From NCBI RefSeq assembly GCF_051903065.1, contig NZ_CP178438.1: a DNA stretch of 64,000 nucleotides, one strand, 5' to 3'. The DNA comes from Escherichia coli (GTDB lineage Bacteria; Pseudomonadota; Gammaproteobacteria; Enterobacterales; Enterobacteriaceae). Position 1 is the first letter of the stretch; each line of letters begins with the position of its first letter. Positions 1 to 9,909 of the stretch are shown piece by piece. The position numbers were made by a program, and so were the translations under genes. The notes beneath the pieces are model-generated. The model did not search any database, was not told where the DNA came from, and worked only from the letters and a program-made list of their open reading frames with translations.

Positions 1-104
1 AAAAGGCGAAATACGGCGAATTAAATTTAAGCGGGTTCTTTTATCAGATTATCGTTGCTATTCTCAATTCATCGAAAACAGCCACAAAAACCAGGGGAAT
101 GTGA

Positions 105-710
105 ATGAGTATAAAAAATCTACCTGCCGACTATTTATTGGCTGCACAACAGGGTGATATCGATAAAGTAAAAACCTGCCTTGCGCTGGGTGTCGATATT
201 AATACCTGCGATCGTCAGGGGAAAACGGCAATTACGCTGGCAAGTTTATATCAGCAATATGCTTGCGTTCAGGCATTAATTGATGCCGGAGCGGATATTA
301 ATAAGCAAGATCATACCTGTTTAAATCCTTTTTTAATCAGTTGCCTGAACGGTGATTTAACGCTACTACGAATTATTTTACCGGCTAAACCCGATCTTAA
401 TTGTGTAACCCGTTTCGGCGGTGTCGGCCTGACGCCTGCCTGTGAAAAAGGTCACTTAAGTATTGTGAAAGAGCTTTTGGCGCATACGGATATTAACGTT
501 AACCAGACCAACCATGTAGGCTGGACGCCGCTACTGGAAGCGATTGTGCTTAATGATGGTGGTATTAAACAGCAGGCGATTGTGCAGTTATTGCTGGAAC
601 ACGGTGCCAGCCCGCATCTGACCGATAAATATGGCAAAACGCCACTGGAACTGGCGCGGGAACGGGGCTTTGAAGAGATTGCGCAGTTACTGATTGCCGC
701 AGGTGCATAA
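105..710 (+). CDS. yahD: ankyrin-repeat protein (201 aa)
   Basis: ORF with repeated ankyrin-like units (GKTAITLASL..ALIDAGADIN, GWTPLLEAIV..LLEHGASPHL); position upstream of yahEFG as in E. coli. Confidence 0.8.
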   Translation: MSIKNLPADYLLAAQQGDIDKVKTCLALGVDINTCDRQGKTAITLASLYQQYACVQALIDAGADINKQDHTCLNPFLISCLNGDLTLLRIILPAKPDLNCVTRFGGVGLTPACEKGHLSIVKELLAHTDINVNQTNHVGWTPLLEAIVLNDGGIKQQAIVQLLLEHGASPHLTDKYGKTPLELARERGFEEIAQLLIAAGA

Positions 711-749
711 ACCGGGAGGCTTGCTATCAACACACCAGAAAAACGGTGT

Positions 750-1613
750 GTGTGGGCGCTAACTGCGGATGCGGATTTTCTGGCGCAGCGGGGGCAAGGA
801 CAGGTTGAACAGGTCTTTGCCAGAGCGGTAAATATCGCACTCCCGGCTCGCCAGCAGTTGCTGACGCTGCTTTGTGAAGAGTACGACAATGCGCCAAACA
901 GTTGTCGGTTGGCACTCACTCACTTTGATGGTCTGTTCCGGCATGGTGATAAGGTTCAGTTTGACGATCAAGGCATTACGGTTGGTCAACATCTTCATAT
1001 AGAGATGAGTCGTTGTCGGCGTTGGCTGTCCCCAACCTTGCAAATGACCGCTGTGAATTTTCACCTTATCGCCTGGCAACAGTGGCACGACATTATTCAT
1101 CAGCACTTGGGGGAAAATGAAACCCTGTTTAATTATCGCGGCGATAATCCGTTTTATCAGGCGTTAAATAAAGAATTACATATTAAACGACGGGCAGTTA
1201 TTCAGACAGTAAACGATAAGCAAAATATCGCCTCAGCGGTCACCAGTATGATTGGGTTAGGGATTGGCCTTACGCCATCAGCCGACGATTATTTAACAGG
1301 TCTGGCGCTTATTTTATTTATTCCCGGGCATCCGGCGGAAAAATACAAAGAGGAATTTTATCTCGGTCTGCAACGCGGCAGAAATAATACCACATTATTA
1401 AGTGCTATAACGCTGGAAGCCGCATTACAACAACGTTGCCGGGAAAATATTCATCGTTTTATTCACAACATTATTTATGACATCCCTGGGAACGCAACTC
1501 AGGCAATAGAAAAAATTAAACATATTGGCTCCAGTTCCGGCTGCGACATGCTGTATGGCATGGCCGATGGTTGTGCGCTGAGCCAAACCTACGGAGGGAA
1601 TTATGTCAGTTAA
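750..1613 (+). CDS. yahE: uncharacterised protein (DUF2877-type), 287 aa; exact start uncertain
   Basis: 287-aa ORF; stop overlaps start of next gene (1603..1613), suggesting translational coupling; synteny. Confidence 0.7.
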   Translation: MWALTADADFLAQRGQGQVEQVFARAVNIALPARQQLLTLLCEEYDNAPNSCRLALTHFDGLFRHGDKVQFDDQGITVGQHLHIEMSRCRRWLSPTLQMTAVNFHLIAWQQWHDIIHQHLGENETLFNYRGDNPFYQALNKELHIKRRAVIQTVNDKQNIASAVTSMIGLGIGLTPSADDYLTGLALILFIPGHPAEKYKEEFYLGLQRGRNNTTLLSAITLEAALQQRCRENIHRFIHNIIYDIPGNATQAIEKIKHIGSSSGCDMLYGMADGCALSQTYGGNYVS

Positions 1614-3150
1614 AATAGTCATTAAACCGAATACCTATTTTGATTCTGTCTCGCTGATGTCTATCTCCACGCGTGCAAATAAACTCGACGGCGTCGAGCA
1701 GGCATTTGTGGCGATGGCGACCGAAATGAATAAAGGCGTGCTGAAGAATTTAGGACTGCTGACGCCGGAGCTGGAGCAGGCGAAAAACGGCGACCTGATG
1801 ATTGTCATCAATGGTAAATCGGGTGCGGACAATGAGCAGTTGCTGGCGGAGATTGAAGAACTGTTCAACACCAAAGCGCAAAGCGGCTCGCACGAGGCGC
1901 GTTACGCCACTATTGCCAGCGCCAAAAAGCATATCCCGGAAAGTAACCTGGCGGTGATTTCGGTCAACGGTCTGTTTGCCGCTCGCGAAGCGCGTCAGGC
2001 GCTGCAAAACGATCTCAACGTGATGCTGTTTTCCGATAACGTCTCAGTTGAAGATGAACTGGCGCTCAAGCAACTGGCCCACGAAAAAGGGCTGCTGATG
2101 ATGGGGCCAGACTGCGGCACGGCGATTATCAACGGTGCGGCGCTCTGCTTTGGTAACGCCGTGCGTCGCGGCAACATCGGTATTGTTGGCGCATCCGGCA
2201 CCGGCAGCCAGGAGCTGAGCGTCCGCATTCATGAATTTGGTGGCGGCGTTTCACAACTGATTGGCACCGGCGGGCGCGACCTGAGCGAGAAAATCGGCGG
2301 CCTGATGATGCTCGACGCCATCGGGATGCTGGAAAACGATCCGCAAACTGAAATTATAGCGCTGATTTCAAAACCTCCCGCGCCTGCGGTGGCCCGTAAA
2401 GTGCTGGAACGCGCCCGCGCCTGCCGCAAGCCGGTGGTGGTCTGCTTCCTCGGTCGTGGCGAAACGCCAGTGGATGAGCAGGGGCTACAGTTTGCCCGCG
2501 GCACCAAAGAAGCGGCGCTGAAAGCGGTGATGCTCTCCGGCGTGAAACAGGAAAATCTCGACCTGCATACCCTGAACCAGCCGTTGATTGCGGATGTGCG
2601 TGCGCGTCTGCAACCGCAGCAGAAATACATTCGTGGCCTGTTCTGCGGCGGCACGTTGTGCGACGAAACCATGTTCGCGGTGATGGAAAAACATGGCGAT
2701 GTCTACAGCAACATTCAGCCCGATCCGGAATTCCGCCTGAAAGATATCAACCGCAGCATTAAACACACCTTCCTCGACTTTGGCGATGACGACTTCACCA
2801 ACGGCAAGCCGCACCCGATGATTGACCCCACCAACCGTATCAGCCGCTTGATCGAAGAAGCGCGCGATCCAGAAGTGGCGGTGATCGTGATGGATTTTGT
2901 GCTCGGATTTGGATCGCATGAAGATCCGGTCGGCTCCACCATCGAGGCGATCAAAGAAGCGAAAGCGATCGCCGCTGCCGAAGGACGCGAGTTGATCATT
3001 CTCGCCTATGTGCTGGGTACCGATCTTGATACGCCATCGTTAGAACAACAAAGCCAGATGCTGCTTGATGCCGGAGTGATTCTGGCGAGCAGCAGCACCA
3101 ATACCGGATTGCTGGCGCGTGAATTTATCTGCAAAGGGGAGGAAGCCTGA
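1603..3150 (+). CDS. yahF: FdrA-like / succinyl-CoA-synthetase-alpha-like CoA-binding protein, 515 aa
   Basis: 515-aa ORF with Gly-rich CoA/NAD-binding-like segments (GIVGASGTGSQE); overlaps yahE end and abuts yahG start. Confidence 0.8.
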   Translation: MSVKIVIKPNTYFDSVSLMSISTRANKLDGVEQAFVAMATEMNKGVLKNLGLLTPELEQAKNGDLMIVINGKSGADNEQLLAEIEELFNTKAQSGSHEARYATIASAKKHIPESNLAVISVNGLFAAREARQALQNDLNVMLFSDNVSVEDELALKQLAHEKGLLMMGPDCGTAIINGAALCFGNAVRRGNIGIVGASGTGSQELSVRIHEFGGGVSQLIGTGGRDLSEKIGGLMMLDAIGMLENDPQTEIIALISKPPAPAVARKVLERARACRKPVVVCFLGRGETPVDEQGLQFARGTKEAALKAVMLSGVKQENLDLHTLNQPLIADVRARLQPQQKYIRGLFCGGTLCDETMFAVMEKHGDVYSNIQPDPEFRLKDINRSIKHTFLDFGDDDFTNGKPHPMIDPTNRISRLIEEARDPEVAVIVMDFVLGFGSHEDPVGSTIEAIKEAKAIAAAEGRELIILAYVLGTDLDTPSLEQQSQMLLDAGVILASSSTNTGLLAREFICKGEEA

Positions 3151-4568
3151 TGAGCCAGTCACTGTTTAGCCAACCATTGAACGTTATTAACGTCGGCATC
3201 GCCATGTTTAGCGATGACCTGAAAAAGCAGCATGTAGAAGTGACTCAACTCGACTGGACGCCGCCGGGGCAGGGCAATATGCAGGTGGTGCAGGCGCTGG
3301 ATAACATTGCCGATTCGCCGCTGGCAGACAAAATCGCCGCCGCTAACCAGCAGGCGCTGGAGCGCATTATCCAGTCGCATCCGGTGCTGATTGGTTTTGA
3401 TCAGGCGATTAACGTGGTGCCGGGCATGACGCCGAAAACCATTCTTCACGCCGGGCCGCCGATCACCTGGGAAAAAATGTGCGGCGCGATGAAAGGCGCG
3501 GTCACCGGAGCGCTGGTGTTCGAAGGACTGGCGAAAGATCTCGACGAGGCGGCTGAACTGGCGGCTTCCGGGGAGATCACCTTCTCGCCGTGTCACGAGC
3601 ACGACTGCGTGGGATCGATGGCGGGTGTTACCTCGGCCTCGATGTTTATGCACATCGTAAAAAACAAAACCTACGGCAACATCGCTTATACCAACATGAG
3701 CGAGCAGATGGCGAAGATTTTGCGTATGGGCGCTAACGACCAGAGCGTGATTGACCGCCTGAACTGGATGCGTGATGTGCAGGGACCAATACTGCGCGAC
3801 GCGATGAAAATTATCGGCGAAATCGATCTGCGCTTAATGCTGGCGCAGGCGCTGCATATGGGCGATGAGTGCCATAACCGCAATAACGCCGGGACGACGC
3901 TGCTGATTCAGGCGCTGACGCCGGGGATTATCCAGGCGGGCTATTCCGTCGCGCAACAGCGCGAAGTGTTTGAGTTTGTCGCCAGCAGCGACTACTTCTC
4001 CGGCCCGACGTGGATGGCGATGTGTAAAGCGGCGATGGATGCGGCGCACGGCATCGAATACAGCACCGTGGTCACCACCATGGCGCGTAACGGCGTCGAG
4101 TTCGGCCTGCGGGTCAGCGGATTACCGGGGCAATGGTTTACCGGTCCGGCGCAGCAGGTCATCGGCCCGATGTTTGCCGGTTATAAGCCGGAAGATTCGG
4201 GGCTGGATATCGGCGATAGCGCCATCACAGAAACCTACGGTATTGGCGGGTTTGCTATGGCGACCGCACCCGCTATCGTCGCGCTGGTGGGCGGCACGGT
4301 GGAAGAGGCTATCGATTTCTCCCGTCAGATGCGCGAAATCACCCTTGGCGAAAACCCCAACGTCACCATTCCGCTGCTCGGTTTTATGGGCGTGCCATCG
4401 GCAATCGACATCACCCGCGTGGGTAGCAGCGGCATTCTGCCAGTGATCAACACCGCCATCGCCCATAAAGATGCGGGCGTCGGCATGATTGGCGCGGGCA
4501 TTGTGCATCCACCTTTTGCCTGCTTCGAGAAAGCCATTCTTGGCTGGTGCGAACGTTACGGCGTCTGA
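3150..4568 (+). CDS. yahG: uncharacterised protein (DUF1116-type), 472 aa
   Basis: 472-aa ORF, start codon overlaps yahF stop (3150); synteny. Confidence 0.8.
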   Translation: MSQSLFSQPLNVINVGIAMFSDDLKKQHVEVTQLDWTPPGQGNMQVVQALDNIADSPLADKIAAANQQALERIIQSHPVLIGFDQAINVVPGMTPKTILHAGPPITWEKMCGAMKGAVTGALVFEGLAKDLDEAAELAASGEITFSPCHEHDCVGSMAGVTSASMFMHIVKNKTYGNIAYTNMSEQMAKILRMGANDQSVIDRLNWMRDVQGPILRDAMKIIGEIDLRLMLAQALHMGDECHNRNNAGTTLLIQALTPGIIQAGYSVAQQREVFEFVASSDYFSGPTWMAMCKAAMDAAHGIEYSTVVTTMARNGVEFGLRVSGLPGQWFTGPAQQVIGPMFAGYKPEDSGLDIGDSAITETYGIGGFAMATAPAIVALVGGTVEEAIDFSRQMREITLGENPNVTIPLLGFMGVPSAIDITRVGSSGILPVINTAIAHKDAGVGMIGAGIVHPPFACFEKAILGWCERYGV

Positions 4569-4581
4569 CCTACATGTTCAT

Positions 4582-5035
4582 GCCGGATGCGGCGTGAACG
4601 CCTTATCCGGCCTACGAATGGCGCAAGAATCTGTAGGCCTGATAAGCGTAGCGCATCAGGCATTTGTCACCATTGCCGGATGCGGCGTGAACGCCTTATC
4701 CGGCCCACGAATGGCACGAGAATCTGTAGGCCTGATAAGCGTAGCGCATCAGGCATTTGTCACCATTGCCGGATGCGGCGTGAACGCCTTATCCGGCCTA
4801 CGAATGGCGCAAGAATTGTAGGCCTGATAAGCGTAGCGCATCAGGCATTTGTCACCATTGCCGGATGCGGCGTGAACGCCTTATCCGGCCCACGAATGGC
4901 ACGAGAATTTGTAGGCCTGATAAGCGTAGCGCATCAGGCATTTGTCACCATTGCCGGATGCGGCGTGAACGCCTTATCCGGCTTACGAGTGGCACGAGAA
5001 TTTGTAGGCCTGATAAGCGTAGCGCATCAGGCAAT
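4582..5035. repeat. REP/BIME tandem array (about 5 units, roughly 94-bp period)
   Basis: Repeated units GCCGGATGCGGCGTGAACGCCTTATCCGGCCTAC ... GTAGGCCTGATAAGCGTAGCGCATCAGGCA read directly; palindromic REP consensus; ORF-track hits inside are artefacts. Confidence 0.9.
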
Positions 5036-5082
5036 TTGGCGTTGGTCACAACCCCATCACCCTCTGTAGCGGACATAACAAC

Positions 5083-6033
5083 ATGAAAGAGCTTGTGGTC
5101 GTTGCCATTGGTGGCAACAGCATTATCAAAGATAACGCCAGCCAGTCGATTGAGCATCAGGCGGAGGCGGTGAAAGCCGTCGCCGATACGGTGCTGGAAA
5201 TGCTGGCTTCCGATTACGACATTGTGCTGACCCACGGTAACGGGCCGCAGGTCGGGCTGGATTTACGCCGTGCGGAGATTGCCCACGAGCGCGAAGGGCT
5301 GCCCTTAACGCCGCTGGCGAACTGTGTGGCGGATACGCAAGGCGGCATTGGCTATCTGATCCAACAGGCGCTGAACAACCGACTGGCGCGTCACGGCGAG
5401 AAAAAAGCCGTCACCGTGGTGACTCAGGTGGAAGTGGATAAAAACGATCCGGGATTTGCCCATCCCACCAAGCCCATCGGCGCATTCTTTAGTGACAGCC
5501 AGCGTGACGAATTACAAAAGGCAAACCCTGACTGGTGTTTTGTTGAAGATGCCGGGCGGGGCTATCGCCGCGTAGTCGCTTCGCCGGAACCGAAACGTAT
5601 TGTCGAAGCACCGGCCATTAAGGCGCTGATCCAACAAGGCTTTGTCGTAATTGGCGCGGGCGGCGGTGGAATTCCTGTGGTGCGTACTGACGCGGGAGAT
5701 TACCAAAGCGTGGACGCGGTTATCGACAAAGATCTCTCTACCGCGCTGCTGGCCCGTGAAATTCACGCCGACATTCTGGTGATCACCACCGGGGTGGAAA
5801 AAGTGTGTATTCATTTTGGCAAACCCGAGCAGCAGGCGCTGGATCGCGTAGATATTGCCACCATGACTCGCTATATGCAGGAAGGGCATTTCCCGCCCGG
5901 CAGCATGTTGCCAAAAATCATCGCCAGCCTGACGTTCCTGGAACAGGGCGGCAAAGAAGTGATTATCACCACGCCGGAATGCCTGCCTGCGGCGCTGCGC
6001 GGTGAAACGGGCACCCATATTATTAAAACGTAA
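5083..6033 (+). CDS. yahI: carbamate kinase-like protein, 316 aa
   Basis: 316-aa ORF with amino-acid-kinase-family features (VVAIGGNSI N-terminus, C-terminal GG-rich segment); synteny. Confidence 0.85.
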   Translation: MKELVVVAIGGNSIIKDNASQSIEHQAEAVKAVADTVLEMLASDYDIVLTHGNGPQVGLDLRRAEIAHEREGLPLTPLANCVADTQGGIGYLIQQALNNRLARHGEKKAVTVVTQVEVDKNDPGFAHPTKPIGAFFSDSQRDELQKANPDWCFVEDAGRGYRRVVASPEPKRIVEAPAIKALIQQGFVVIGAGGGGIPVVRTDAGDYQSVDAVIDKDLSTALLAREIHADILVITTGVEKVCIHFGKPEQQALDRVDIATMTRYMQEGHFPPGSMLPKIIASLTFLEQGGKEVIITTPECLPAALRGETGTHIIKT

Positions 6034-6042
6034 GGACGTAAG

Positions 6043-7425
6043 ATGAAAGAAAATAATAGCCGCCGTGAATTTCTGAGCCAGAGCGGTAAGATGGTCACCG
6101 CCGCCGCGCTGTTTGGTACCTCTGTGCCGCTCGCCCATGCGGCAGTCTCTGGCACAACCCACTGCGACGCGAATAACGCCATGAAAATCACTGACCCGCA
6201 CTACTATCTCGACAACGTGCTGCTGGAAACTGGATTTGACTACGAAAATGGCGTGGCGGTTCAGACCCGCACGGCGCGCCAGACCGTGGAGATTCAGAAC
6301 GGCAAAATTGTCGCGCTGCGCGAGAATAAGCAGCACCCGGATGCCACGCTTCCGCACTATGATGCTGGCGGTAAGCTGATGTTGCCCACCACCCGCGACA
6401 TGCATATTCATCTCGATAAAACCTTTTACGGCGGGCCGTGGCGCTCGCTTAATCGCCCGGCAGGCACCACCATCCAGGATATGATTAAGCTCGAGCAAAA
6501 AATGCTGCCGGAGCTGCAACCCTACACCCAGGAACGGGCGGAAAAACTGATCGATCTATTGCAGTCGAAAGGCACCACCATTGCCCGCAGTCACTGCAAT
6601 ATCGAACCGGTTTCCGGCCTGAAAAATCTGCAAAATTTGCAGGCGGTGCTGGCGCGACGTCAGGCGGGCTTTGAGTGTGAAATCGTCGCCTTCCCGCAGC
6701 ACGGTTTGCTGCTGTCGAAATCGGAACCCTTAATGCGTGAAGCAATGCAGGCGGGTGCGCATTACGTCGGCGGGCTGGACCCGACCAGTGTCGATGGCGC
6801 GATGGAAAAATCCCTCGACACCATGTTCCAGATTGCGCTGGACTACGACAAAGGCGTCGATATTCACCTGCACGAAACCACTCCGTCGGGCGTGGCAGCC
6901 ATCAATTATATGGTTGAAACGGTAGAGAAAACGCCTCAACTGAAAGGTAAGCTGACCATCAGCCACGCCTTTGCGCTGGCTACGCTCAACGAGCAACAGG
7001 TAGATGAACTGGCGCATCGCATGGCGGCGCAGCAAATTTCTATCGCCTCGACGGTGCCGATTGGCACGCTGCATATGCCGCTCAAACAGTTGCACGACAA
7101 AGGCGTAAAAGTGATGACCGGCACCGACAGCGTTATCGACCACTGGTCGCCTTATGGTCTGGGCGACATGCTGGAAAAAGCCAATCTGTACGCGCAGCTC
7201 TATATTCGTCCTAACGAACAGAACCTCTCCCGTTCGCTGTTTCTAGCCACTGGCGATGTATTGCCGCTGAATGAAAAAGGCGAGCGTGTATGGCCAAAAG
7301 CGCAGGATGACGCCAGCTTTGTGCTGGTGGACGCCTCCTGTTCCGCCGAAGCGGTGGCGCGTATCTCGCCGAGAACCGCAACGTTCCATAAAGGGCAACT
7401 GGTGTGGGGGAGTGTGGCAGGTTGA
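6043..7425 (+). CDS. yahJ: amidohydrolase/deaminase-family protein with twin-arginine (Tat) signal peptide, 460 aa
   Basis: N-terminus MKENNSRREFLSQSGKMVTAAALFGTSVPLAHAA contains an S-R-R-x-F-L Tat motif followed by a hydrophobic stretch and AxA cleavage site; metal-dependent hydrolase-like HxH segment (DMHIHLD). Confidence 0.85.
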   Translation: MKENNSRREFLSQSGKMVTAAALFGTSVPLAHAAVSGTTHCDANNAMKITDPHYYLDNVLLETGFDYENGVAVQTRTARQTVEIQNGKIVALRENKQHPDATLPHYDAGGKLMLPTTRDMHIHLDKTFYGGPWRSLNRPAGTTIQDMIKLEQKMLPELQPYTQERAEKLIDLLQSKGTTIARSHCNIEPVSGLKNLQNLQAVLARRQAGFECEIVAFPQHGLLLSKSEPLMREAMQAGAHYVGGLDPTSVDGAMEKSLDTMFQIALDYDKGVDIHLHETTPSGVAAINYMVETVEKTPQLKGKLTISHAFALATLNEQQVDELAHRMAAQQISIASTVPIGTLHMPLKQLHDKGVKVMTGTDSVIDHWSPYGLGDMLEKANLYAQLYIRPNEQNLSRSLFLATGDVLPLNEKGERVWPKAQDDASFVLVDASCSAEAVARISPRTATFHKGQLVWGSVAG

Positions 7426-7801
7426 TGCGCATTTGAAACGCCTGCAACGGTGAATAGTAAGAGATTTAAGCCCCAGGGAGTGGGGCAATCTGAATATGAG
7501 TGTGTCGGCAGAAATGGACATTATCTTTGAGGAATATGCCCTTATTGACGTTGTGTAGATAACTATTTGTCTACGTGAAAAGATCATCAGTTTTGCCGAT
7601 TTTAGTCTTTTACGGATAGCAAATATCACACTTATAGGCGCTCGCCTTATGGGGAACGTTGCTGCTTTGTTTCATTCAGGCTCGCGGCATGTTGGGGCTG
7701 GATCGGGTGGTTTAAATATTGGCTATATTCAATGGACGCGTTTTGCCGCGATGACATATCAGGCGTCGCCAAATACACATAGCTAATCAGGAGTAAACAC
7801 A

Positions 7802-8851
7802 ATGAAGATCAAAGCTGTTGGTGCATATTCCGCTAAACAACCACTTGAACCGATGGATATCACCCGGCGTGAACCGGGACCGAATGATGTCAAAATCGAA
7901 ATCGCTTACTGTGGCGTCTGCCATTCCGATCTCCACCAGGTCCGTTCCGAGTGGGCGGGGACGGTTTACCCCTGCGTACCGGGTCATGAAATTGTGGGGC
8001 GTGTGGTAGCCGTTGGTGATCAGGTAGAAAAACATGCGCCGGGCGATCTGGTCGGTGTCGGCTGCATTGTCGACAGTTGTAAACATTGCGAAGAGTGTGA
8101 AGACGGGCTGGAAAACTACTGTGATCACATGACCGGCACCTATAACTCGCCGACGCCGGACGAACCGGGCCATACGCTGGGCGGCTACTCACAACAGATC
8201 GTCGTTCATGAGCGATATGTTCTGCGTATTCGTCACCCGCAAGAGCAGCTGGCAGCGGTGGCTCCTTTGTTGTGTGCAGGGATCACCACGTACTCGCCGC
8301 TACGTCACTGGCAGGCCGGGCCGGGTAAAAAAGTGGGCGTGGTCGGCATCGGCGGTCTGGGACATATGGGGATTAAGCTGGCCCACGCGATGGGGGCACA
8401 TGTGGTGGCATTTACCACTTCTGAGGCAAAACGCGAAGCGGCAAAAGCCCTGGGGGCCGATGAAGTTGTTAACTCACGCAATGCCGATGAGATGGCGGCT
8501 CATCTGAAGAGTTTCGATTTCATTTTGAATACAGTAGCTGCGCCACATAATCTCGACGATTTTACCACCTTGCTGAAGCGTGATGGCACCATGACGCTGG
8601 TTGGTGCGCCTGCGACACCGCATAAATCGCCGGAAGTTTTCAACCTGATCATGAAACGCCGTGCGATAGCCGGTTCTATGATTGGCGGCATTCCAGAAAC
8701 TCAGGAGATGCTCGATTTTTGCGCCGAACATGGCATCGTGGCTGATATAGAGATGATTCGGGCCGATCAAATTAATGAAGCCTATGAGCGAATGCTGCGT
8801 GGTGATGTGAAATATCGTTTTGTTATCGATAATCGCACACTAACAGACTGA
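7802..8851 (+). CDS. yahK: Zn-dependent NADPH aldehyde reductase (medium-chain dehydrogenase), 349 aa
   Basis: GVCHSDLH and GHEIVGRV zinc-ADH motifs, GxGxxG Rossmann segment (GVVGIGGLGHMG). Confidence 0.9.
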   Translation: MKIKAVGAYSAKQPLEPMDITRREPGPNDVKIEIAYCGVCHSDLHQVRSEWAGTVYPCVPGHEIVGRVVAVGDQVEKHAPGDLVGVGCIVDSCKHCEECEDGLENYCDHMTGTYNSPTPDEPGHTLGGYSQQIVVHERYVLRIRHPQEQLAAVAPLLCAGITTYSPLRHWQAGPGKKVGVVGIGGLGHMGIKLAHAMGAHVVAFTTSEAKREAAKALGADEVVNSRNADEMAAHLKSFDFILNTVAAPHNLDDFTTLLKRDGTMTLVGAPATPHKSPEVFNLIMKRRAIAGSMIGGIPETQEMLDFCAEHGIVADIEMIRADQINEAYERMLRGDVKYRFVIDNRTLTD

Positions 8852-8890
8852 AAAAATTAATAAATACCCTGTGATTTAACATATTAACTT

Positions 8891-8924
8891 CGCTCTCCAC
8901 TTAACTTTTTAGTTAAGGAGAGCG
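8891..8924 (+). terminator. stem-loop downstream of yahK (possible terminator)
   Basis: CGCTCTCC-ac-TTAACT-tttt-AGTTAA-GGAGAGCG inverted repeat 40 bp after the yahK stop; no clean T-tract, so intrinsic-terminator status is uncertain. Confidence 0.4.
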
Positions 8925-9093
8925 AAATAATATCAAAGTAGCAGTAAAACCTATAACGTAAATTCAAATTGTTAAATTAACTCCCTCCAGTACACAATAC
9001 TTCTCACGTTAGTTATGAGCGATTTCTGATAGTGCCTGGTTTAATTAGAGCTTTATTATCTGCGACGTTTATTTTTATTTAAGAGAGATCGCG

Positions 9094-9909
9094 ATGATAT
9101 CATTAAAAGCTCCGCGCAATAATTTGATGCCATATACGCAACAAAGCATACTTAATACGGTTAAAAACAATCAGTTACCAGAGGATATCAAAAGCTCCCT
9201 GGTTTCCTGTGTCGATATATTCAAGGTTTTGATTAAACAATATTATGATTATCCTTATGATTGTCGTGATGATTTAGTCGATGACGACAAACTCATTCAT
9301 CTCATGGCTGCCGTACGAGACTGTGAGTGGTCAGACGATAACGCACTCACCATAAATGTGCAGTTTAATGATTTCCCTGGATTTTATGACTGGATGGATT
9401 ACCCTGATCACCCGGTTAAGTTTGTTTTTCGCATACTTGAAAATCAAAAAGGGACAGTTTGGGTATATGACCAGGATGATGCGTTTCTTGATATTAAAGC
9501 AAATGTGCAGGCTGGACGCTTTACCGGGCTTAAGAAATTAGTGCAGTTTATCAATTCAGTGCGAACAGATTGCAAATGTATTCTTCTTGAACACCATATG
9601 CCTTTGCTGAGACTTTTCCCTAAAGGGAAAGAATGTATGCATGTGGAAAAATGGCTTCGCGAAATGTCGTCTATTCCAGAGACAGACGCGCCCATTAAGC
9701 AGGCGCTTGCGCATGGATTATTATTACACTTAAAAAATATCTACCCTGTTTTTCCTGAATCACTGGTGATGTTATTGCTCTCTGTTCTGGACGTAAAAAC
9801 ATACAGAGATGATGCGCGATTAAATGAATGGATATCTAATAGAGTGCAGGAATTAGGTGACAGATATTATCCTGTAAATAAGCACGTTAAAATCCGCTAC
9901 ACTCTTTAG
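9094..9909 (+). CDS. yahL: uncharacterised protein, 271 aa, AT-rich gene
   Basis: 271-aa ORF in a visibly AT-rich segment flanked by AT-rich intergenic DNA; no recognisable catalytic motif. Confidence 0.65.
   Translation: MISLKAPRNNLMPYTQQSILNTVKNNQLPEDIKSSLVSCVDIFKVLIKQYYDYPYDCRDDLVDDDKLIHLMAAVRDCEWSDDNALTINVQFNDFPGFYDWMDYPDHPVKFVFRILENQKGTVWVYDQDDAFLDIKANVQAGRFTGLKKLVQFINSVRTDCKCILLEHHMPLLRLFPKGKECMHVEKWLREMSSIPETDAPIKQALAHGLLLHLKNIYPVFPESLVMLLLSVLDVKTYRDDARLNEWISNRVQELGDRYYPVNKHVKIRYTL

Noticed and set aside
4489-5086. Overlapping ORFs (110, 160 and 73 aa) with internally repeated peptide sequence
   Set aside because: Translations of the tandem REP array; the repetition reflects the DNA repeat, not a protein.
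5512-6519. 335-aa minus-strand ORF antisense to yahI/yahJ
   Set aside because: Lies entirely opposite two well-supported genes in GC-rich DNA; Arg/Ala/Gly-rich low-complexity translation typical of shadow ORFs.
7426-7801. 376-bp yahJ-yahK intergenic region with a short near-palindrome (GTAGATAA-ctat-TTGTCTAC) and a 20-codon ORF
   Set aside because: Palindrome is short and imperfect; ORF is too small and lacks a ribosome-binding site; probably ordinary promoter DNA for yahK.
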